From: a virus
Taxonomy: Duplodnaviria > Caudoviricetes
DNA length: 64,000 bases
Virus record (IMG/VR): IMGVR_UViG_3300023048_000001
Location: 64,001-128,000 of that record
Reading direction: 5' to 3' (one strand)
Within the stretch, counting starts at the first letter, position 1. Every line of letters starts with the position of its first letter. The notes beneath the pieces are model-generated. The model did not search any database, was not told the origin of the DNA, and was given only the letters and a program-made list of their open reading frames with translations. Position numbers and translations under genes: made by a program. This document shows, one piece after another, positions 58,555 to 64,000 of the stretch.

Positions 58555-59058
58555 ATGGACACTATTATCTTCTTTGATCTTGAAAATACTCTCATATGGG
58601 ATTGGACGGATAACCGCGATCCCATGTGGCTAAAGCACCCTGAAATCACCGAGTGGATTTTCGCTCAAGGTGATTTCCGTGCTGGTCTCTTTTCATGGGC
58701 TATCTGGAATCCTAAAGATATAGCCGAGTTCAGTGAAGAGGGTGGAGTCCGTGAAGCCATCGAAACAACCCACCAGTTTCAATTTGAGGATGATCTAATC
58801 ATCACTCGTGGAATGCTGGGTGACCGCTTCAGGAAATGGTTTAAAACTATGCCTTGGGTCTCTGACGATGATTGGTTTGAGTTCTTCAAGAAGCGCCAGA
58901 CCATCCAAGAGCTATGGCTCCATGAATTCAATCAGCCGAACACTCGTGTTGTTCTATTGGATGACACTGTAGAGAACGTGACTATGATTAATAATAGTGT
59001 CGAGAACAACCGTCTAGAGTTGATCGACCCATGGACCTTTAAGGGAATGTTTAAATGA
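58555..59058 (+). CDS. HAD-superfamily-like protein
   Basis: IFFDLENTLI, LFSWA, VLLDD. Confidence 0.6.
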   Translation: MDTIIFFDLENTLIWDWTDNRDPMWLKHPEITEWIFAQGDFRAGLFSWAIWNPKDIAEFSEEGGVREAIETTHQFQFEDDLIITRGMLGDRFRKWFKTMPWVSDDDWFEFFKKRQTIQELWLHEFNQPNTRVVLLDDTVENVTMINNSVENNRLELIDPWTFKGMFK

Positions 59059-59378
59059 CAATGCGTTTCTTCGCTATCCAATGCACTGCTTGCAATGATG
59101 TGCTAATCAGCCGTGCAGGCCATGACTTCAACCGCTGCTCATGTGAGGACATGCTATTCATCGATGGAAACAGTTCCCTGTCAGGTGATGGCTACTATCG
59201 TGTGGGTTACAACATCACTGAAGCTCGTCCTAGTGTCAATGTCATGTATGTCGATCTTCCCATTACACCAAGGGAAGCTTACGATGACTGGAACAAAAGA
59301 ATTGATAAGTGGAAGAAAATCGATATTACTAAGTATCCACCTATCGAAATTCCCAAAGAATCTGACAAGAATAAATAG
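59055..59378 (+). CDS. Zn-ribbon protein
   Basis: C..C.D...S...HDF..CSC...IDG. Confidence 0.7.
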   Translation: MTMRFFAIQCTACNDVLISRAGHDFNRCSCEDMLFIDGNSSLSGDGYYRVGYNITEARPSVNVMYVDLPITPREAYDDWNKRIDKWKKIDITKYPPIEIPKESDKNK

Positions 59379-59398
59379 ATCAAACATTAGGTAATAAC

Positions 59399-59731
59399 AT
59401 GACAGCACACGTTTCAAGTACTCAAATCCTCGATCATATTAAAACTGCTACCTCTATCTCTGTAGAAGGTAAGGTCTTTGATAAGATCACTGTAACAGAT
59501 ACAAAGGTATCAATCGGTCCTTATACCTTCCTCATTGATCATTTTGATATTGGTGGTCTGTCTCCACAGACTATCGTACTCATGGATACTGATGGTGAGT
59601 ATAGACATCTTATGCTCCTAGGTGAGGATGATACCCGTCTCGATCATCCTGATTGGTCCATTGAACAATATAACCCTGAAAAGATTCGCAATCATCACCT
59701 CCTACCAAAGGGTGACAAGAAGACCAAATAA
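59399..59731 (+). CDS. Hypothetical protein
   Basis: 110-aa ORF, AGGT SD. Confidence 0.6.
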   Translation: MTAHVSSTQILDHIKTATSISVEGKVFDKITVTDTKVSIGPYTFLIDHFDIGGLSPQTIVLMDTDGEYRHLMLLGEDDTRLDHPDWSIEQYNPEKIRNHHLLPKGDKKTK

Positions 59732-59734
59732 GGT

Positions 59735-59763
59735 TTGACAGGAAGTTATAAAACATCTAATAT
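59735..59763 (+). promoter_or_regulatory. Sigma70-like promoter of the RNA operon
   Basis: TTGACA-N17-TAATAT. Confidence 0.65.
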
Positions 59764-59771
59764 TTGTCTCG

Positions 59772-59990
59772 TGGTCAACAACATGTAACTCACCGCTAGG
59801 GCGGATATATTCACCAGTAATATATGAAGGTGCGATCCCTTGAGACAGCGTTAGACGTTCTATATGAGGGTGCGATTCCTTCCTGTTGTTGTGAAGCCAA
59901 AGTTACGGTGAAAAGTGATGCATAAGCCAAGCGTGCGTGTGCAAACATCTGATCCATTTTTCTAGAGAATGAAATCTAGCCGTAGCGGTA
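59772..59990 (+). ncRNA. Putative structured RNA(s) with two T-loop-like hairpins
   Basis: CAACAACA/TGTTGTTG closing stem; repeated TATATGARGGTGCGATYCCTT. Confidence 0.5.
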
Positions 59991-60008
59991 CTAAATTTAG
60001 AATAATAT

Positions 60009-60093
60009 GCCACTATGGCGGAATAGGTAGACGCAGCAGACTTAAAATCTGCCGCCCTTGGGCGTCCGGGTTCGATTCCCGGTGGTGGTACCA
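60009..60093 (+). tRNA. tRNA-Leu (TAA)
   Basis: GCAGA-CTTAAAA-TCTGC, long variable arm, GGTTCGATTCC, CCA. Confidence 0.96.
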
Positions 60094-60110
60094 TATTATT
60101 CAAACAGTTT

Positions 60111-60238
60111 GATCCCTTAGCTCAGTGGTCTGATGGAAGAACAATCATTCTTAGTGTAATCAGAATGACCTTCGGAAGTCTTAGAGCGGAGAACTCTAAA
60201 TCCTCGCGTCGTGGGTTCGAATCCCACAGGGATCGCCA
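60111..60238 (+). tRNA. CTA-anticodon (amber suppressor-type) tRNA with a 50-nt D-loop insertion
   Basis: GATCCCT/AGGGATC acceptor, GCTC/GAGC D stem, loop CTCTAAA (CTA at 60196-60198), GTGGG-TTCGAAT-CCCAC, GCCA end. Confidence 0.8.
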
Positions 60239-60327
60239 AATTGATGTAGTTGCAGTGAGACACACTCCTGTAATTTAAGTAGGCAAGAATGCAGTGACTT
60301 AATACTTCTTTTTAGTGTGTATAACAC

Positions 60328-60362
60328 AAAAGCCCTTGACGATTGTTAAGGGCTTTCTTTTT
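60328..60362 (+). terminator. Intrinsic terminator of the tRNA operon
   Basis: AAAGCCCTTGAC...GTTAAGGGCTTTCTTTTT. Confidence 0.8.
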
Positions 60363-60372
60363 GGAAAATATA

Positions 60373-60612
60373 ATGGAACTTCTAATCAACATCTTATTCG
60401 TCCTCCACTTCGGCTATCATGCCGCTGCTACCATTGGTGGAGTCTGGTCCCTTCTACATAGCCACAATGCTCACAAACGTAGCTGGTGGAAGATTGCCCT
60501 AGCTTTTGTATGGCTCGCTTTGAGTATCTTGCTACTCGTTGTCAGCCATGATAAACTCCATCATCACGAGGACGAATGCAATCATGTTCAAACTATTCAA
60601 GAAAAAGCCTGA
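60373..60612 (+). CDS. Small His-rich membrane protein
   Basis: Two TM segments. Confidence 0.6.
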   Translation: MELLINILFVLHFGYHAAATIGGVWSLLHSHNAHKRSWWKIALAFVWLALSILLLVVSHDKLHHHEDECNHVQTIQEKA

Positions 60613-60991
60613 ACCTTTCATCCATCACGATCTGTACAAAAACGCAATCAAAGCTATTGATGAGCTTTTCAAGGATATGCTCAATGATGATGCCAAGATG
60701 CGTAAGCTTTACCTATTCCATTATGGTGAAGCGCCAGCCACAGAACTTCATGCCACCTTCGCAGCTACCCTAGTCCATAACCTCTACAATAGGGTTAGCC
60801 TAGAGCTTCCAACTAAGTTTAAAGAGAAACACGATACCTTTACATCCACTCTGGAATTCTGTTATACTCCTTATCTTGAAACAGGTGCAGTACTGGTCGA
60901 ACTCAAGATCGCCACACTGTTACTCTGGAAAGCAACAGAACATCATCATAAAGATTGGACTACCTATGAAGAAGCAAACCCACAAACCTAA
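60584..60991 (+). CDS. Hypothetical protein
   Basis: GAGGA SD. Confidence 0.6.
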   Translation: MFKLFKKKPEPFIHHDLYKNAIKAIDELFKDMLNDDAKMRKLYLFHYGEAPATELHATFAATLVHNLYNRVSLELPTKFKEKHDTFTSTLEFCYTPYLETGAVLVELKIATLLLWKATEHHHKDWTTYEEANPQT

Positions 60992-61109
60992 AATTAATAA
61001 CCTTGTGGCGAAACATGCCATGAAGGTGAACAAGGCTGCGGTCATGCGTGATCGTAAGAATGACTATAACCGTACCGACAAACATAAGAAGGGAGAAGGT
61101 GATGAGTAA
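60966..61109 (+). CDS. Small basic phage protein
   Basis: NLVAKHA...NKA.V..DRK..Y.R..KHK. Confidence 0.6.
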   Translation: MKKQTHKPKINNLVAKHAMKVNKAAVMRDRKNDYNRTDKHKKGEGDE

Positions 61110-61290
61110 TTTCTTTAATTGGTACTTCGTTATCGGTGGTACTCTCTCACTTGCTCTCGTAATTGCATATATGTTCAATCCGGGAATGATCGATCCTCGA
61201 CTACTCATCGTGACCAACTCATTTGCTGTTGCTGGTCTCGGATTCCGTATAGCTTATGATCATTATCACCCTGAAGCGTCAAAGCATTGA
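61102..61290 (+). CDS. Small membrane protein
   Basis: GGAG SD, two hydrophobic segments. Confidence 0.6.
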   Translation: MSNFFNWYFVIGGTLSLALVIAYMFNPGMIDPRLLIVTNSFAVAGLGFRIAYDHYHPEASKH

Positions 61291-61357
61291 CATTTGTGAT
61301 TTTAAAGCATATTATACTTGCACCTAATATAAACATCGAAGGATGCAATAAAAACCA

Positions 61358-61582
61358 ATGAGTAATGCGAAAAATCTTCAGGCTCAAATTCAGAAGCTCA
61401 GTAAGGATTTGGTTGAAGCAGAACATAACCTGAATCAGGCTGAATCCAATCCTGATACCGATGAAGCTACTATGCTGGAACTTGAAGATATCGTACAAGA
61501 TGTTCAGGATGCCCTCTATGATGCTCAGGAAGAACTCGATAGACTCTATGCTCCCGATGCCTACTACGATGATAACTATTAA
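61358..61582 (+). CDS. Small acidic coiled-coil protein
   Basis: TTGACA..TATACT promoter, AAGGA SD; terminator at 61607-61632. Confidence 0.7.
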   Translation: MSNAKNLQAQIQKLSKDLVEAEHNLNQAESNPDTDEATMLELEDIVQDVQDALYDAQEELDRLYAPDAYYDDNY

Positions 61583-61703
61583 TCAATAACTCATCTAGTA
61601 ATGAATAGACCCGCTTCGGCGGGTTTTCTTTTGCCCATCATTTGAACATACAAAGAAAAAGGCCACCCGAAGATGACCTTTCATTATAACTTAACCTAAT
61701 ACC

Positions 61704-61940
61704 TTAGACTTCAGATTCTTGCTCTGCCTTCTCACTCAAAGCTTTCTGATCCTCACGGCCTTCCCACATAGAAAAGACACCATAAACCATGACTGCAAAC
61801 ATCAAAATCCAGAAATCCAATAAATCAACAGTGACACCATGACGATGCATTACGTTAAACATCAATGACAGACCCACATACTGCAAGACCTGATAGAACT
61901 TAATGTTCTCCTTCACCCAATCCTTAATCTTTGTCCACAT
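61704..61940 (-). CDS. Small membrane protein
   Basis: GGAG SD, two TM segments. Confidence 0.6.
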   Translation of the reverse strand: MWTKIKDWVKENIKFYQVLQYVGLSLMFNVMHRHGVTVDLLDFWILMFAVMVYGVFSMWEGREDQKALSEKAEQESEV

Positions 61941-62028
61941 GTATATACACTCCAAAAGTAATGTATATATTGTATCCTCTTAACAAACAAAAAGAAAGGG
62001 TCGTTTTCACGACCCTTTCATGGGTAAT

Positions 62029-62481
62029 TCAATATTCTGTTCCTTCGCACACTAACCCCCACTTATAACGTAACCCTCTCAGGTTCTTACCCAAATCCTC
62101 AAGGAAGTATCTCTTCTCCTGCCGTATACTGTCATGCACCATCTGCAAATCTTGAAGAAATTCACACCTCATCTTCAAAAACTTCGCATCAATGTCATCC
62201 CGTACATCCAAATGATCCATGTAATGCTGCACCAGATAACACACCGATGTATGGTTACCCCTGTCCATTTCCGGTAAATATAAAGGGTCAGGCATGATCA
62301 TCCCTATCGTATCCCTACACCCTCCCTCTCCCCTGTAACTACATCTGATTATCTGTAATTGATGATCGAAGGTCGTACTCTTCCTACCCTGCTCAACCAT
62401 CCGTATCTCAACATATTCTAAAACTATCTCTTCATTGATATAACCATTAAGATATTCTGATATACCTATCGTTGACATCAT
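62029..62481 (-). CDS. Hypothetical protein
   Basis: GAGG SD; QG..S......C.YRG..G...IG...PD..Y...M...LQ..HD. Confidence 0.7.
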   Translation of the reverse strand: MMSTIGISEYLNGYINEEIVLEYVEIRMVEQGRKSTTFDHQLQIIRCSYRGEGGCRDTIGMIMPDPLYLPEMDRGNHTSVCYLVQHYMDHLDVRDDIDAKFLKMRCEFLQDLQMVHDSIRQEKRYFLEDLGKNLRGLRYKWGLVCEGTEY

Positions 62482-62603
62482 TCCTCTCCCTAAAGATTAG
62501 ACTCCTGCCATCCTCAATATAACCCATCCATACCACAAGTGTCAATCAACACAAAAATGTGACTGCCATTCTCCCCGCCTCCATCCTATTTTATCATATC
62601 CAA

Positions 62604-62805
62604 CCTGAACCTAACCTGAACAAAATTTATTTTCTCGATCACCCGTTTAACACCCCGAATCTGCGTATCATAGGCCTCCACCAACAAGGTATCCCATCTA
62701 ACACACCTTACCTGAACGGTTACTGAACCAATTGTTAAGAATGTTAAAACTTCGTTATCTTTAAAATGAATGGAACCTGAACCGTGGCTGAACGATGCCA
62801 GAACC
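62604..62805 (+). repeat. Cluster of 11-bp-periodic CTGAAC direct repeats
   Basis: Pairs or triplet at ~62605, 62712, 62777. Confidence 0.7.
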
Positions 62806-62877
62806 GGTTTCATCTTAAAGATATACACAATCATCTTTAAAGTATTCGATGAATGCAACGTTCATCTTAAAACATAA

Positions 62878-63108
62878 GTGTAGTTTTTCCCCTTGCGAGC
62901 AAAGAATCATCCTAATAGTGATGTATCGCATAGGGCAGAATGACACCAATCACTTACTCAATCATACCAATCCCTATAAAACAGTGGGATATCGTGGACT
63001 GCAACGGTCTATACGATAGGGTTAAGTGTGTTTTATCCCCTTACAAGCAAAGAATCTATACAATCATTCATCATAAAAATGATGTATCGCATAGGGGAAA
63101 AGTACACT
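62878..63108. repeat. Two imperfect direct repeats, each a long hairpin
   Basis: GTGT..CCCCTT.C.AGCAAAGAATC...TGATGTATCGCATAGGG..ACAC at ~62878-62946 and ~63025-63108. Confidence 0.75.
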
Positions 63109-63582
63109 AAGTCTCTTTAAACATAAACAAACCCTGACCAAATTAAGTCCTTACGCTTGCGTAACCATAGGACATGTGTTAGTATATACATACTGAAACC
63201 GTTGGGAGACAACGACTGTAGATATTTTTAAATGAAAAATTAGCCAAAAGGTTATAAATTTTCAGAAAAAATGTAATCGCGATGCACGGGAAGTACCCTT
63301 GAAAGTAATCATCATATAACACAATTACTTACCCGTTTCCGCACCCTTCTGCACCACCCATTCCCACTATTTTCCACCTATTCCCATTAATATTCTATTG
63401 AATTATTTCTTCAATAGAATCAATGACTTATAACTGTACAAATGTATGGTCTGTAAGTGCTTGTAAACACTACAAAATATTAGTGTTTCTAATTACCTTT
63501 TGAGTGCACGTAACCTCGTTCCTATGGGAACGAGGAATCATGGCGTTGAGCCTTGTAACCTCGTACCTAACCTATGTCTAGA

Positions 63583-63939
63583 TTAACTCCAAGCTAATAC
63601 CTGATCTACAGTAGTAGCATGTTTAGTAATGAACTTAAAAGGGAATCTAGCATCAGGGCTATTGTCTTCTACCTTCTGTTTAGTCCATAGGAGTTTAACA
63701 CGTCCTAGGTTAGGCATGGCATAACTAAGTTCACTGGTGGAATATACACGTACTTCATCACTAGGGAATGCATTAGCGAAATCTAATCTGAACTTAGGAT
63801 CATTGAGTTCTTCTTTGGTAATATCTTCCATCCCATTGAAGTCTTGTGGCTTCATGAGTGACCAAGGGAATTCCATCTTCTCGTGTTTATGATTAGCTTT
63901 GACGGTAGCTTTACGTACTGCGATATAGTGAGTGTTCAT
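63583..63939 (-). CDS. Hypothetical protein
   Basis: 118-aa ORF, GGA SD. Confidence 0.6.
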   Translation of the reverse strand: MNTHYIAVRKATVKANHKHEKMEFPWSLMKPQDFNGMEDITKEELNDPKFRLDFANAFPSDEVRVYSTSELSYAMPNLGRVKLLWTKQKVEDNSPDARFPFKFITKHATTVDQVLAWS

Positions 63940-64000
63940 AGGTTATCCGTTCTTAGATTTAGCTATGGATTTAAATTGTTCAGGATTGAACAGGGTGATG

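Larger units (their letters stand above)
29955..62622. repeat. Dispersed element A (14 copies), core TAAAATAGG(TTGT/ATGGA)GGCTGG
   Basis: Forward ~29955, 32669, 33232, 35378, 36901, 37476, 38736, 43154, 45753, 50165; reverse ~40240-40295, 54035-54088, 57975-58026, 62570-62622. Confidence 0.9.
40942..63173 (+). repeat. Dispersed element C (4 copies): TTAAGTCC-TTACGC(TT/AA)GCGTAA
   Basis: ~40942-40975, 54570-54598, 58504-58527, 63141-63173. Confidence 0.9.

Noticed and set aside
60129-60180. Hammerhead ribozyme in the tRNA insertion (CTGATG..stem..GGAA)
   Set aside because: Lacks the exact CUGANGA and GAAA core and has no convincing stems I and III
60111-60238. tRNA-Arg(TCT) reading of the anticodon loop
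   Set aside because: That register puts C at position 33 and breaks the anticodon stem; the CTA register fits
29955-62622. GGCTGG in element A as a Chi site
   Set aside because: No copy matches GCTGGTGG, and conservation extends ~35 bp upstream
62586-62858. 90-aa ORF
   Set aside because: TTG start, no SD, and it overlaps the CTGAAC repeats and element A

Overview
Segment of a large (jumbo-type) dsDNA phage genome, probably infecting a gammaproteobacterium (inferred from enteric-type NrdA/NrdB and GuaC, sigma70-type promoters and T4-like TAAATA late promoters). 1-21 kb is an AT-rich core region: two Thr/Pro/Ser mucin-like proteins, a six-gene glycan synthesis/modification cluster, class Ia ribonucleotide reductase, HD hydrolase, nucleotidyltransferase, papain-like peptidase, Thg1, GMP reductase and a PTH2-like protein. 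21-29.5 kb holds an AAA ATPase and a leftward array of hypothetical genes that includes a divergent paralog family. From about 29.9 to 63.5 kb the DNA looks more GC-rich and is built of many short genes, most with their own promoter, a stereotyped ACACCACAGGAG leader and a terminator. Over this lie a 14-copy dispersed element (element A), a 4-copy palindrome (element C) that always follows a reversed element A, 11-bp-periodic CTGAAC repeats and a phased A-tract with an IHF site. Two RNA operons carry tRNA(CAT), tRNA-Lys, tRNA-Leu, a CTA-anticodon (amber) tRNA with a 50-nt D-loop insertion, and several tRNA-like structured RNAs. All calls are from reading by eye; no database search or folding was run. 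Many CDS starts were moved from the ORF track to the start codon downstream of the visible Shine-Dalgarno.
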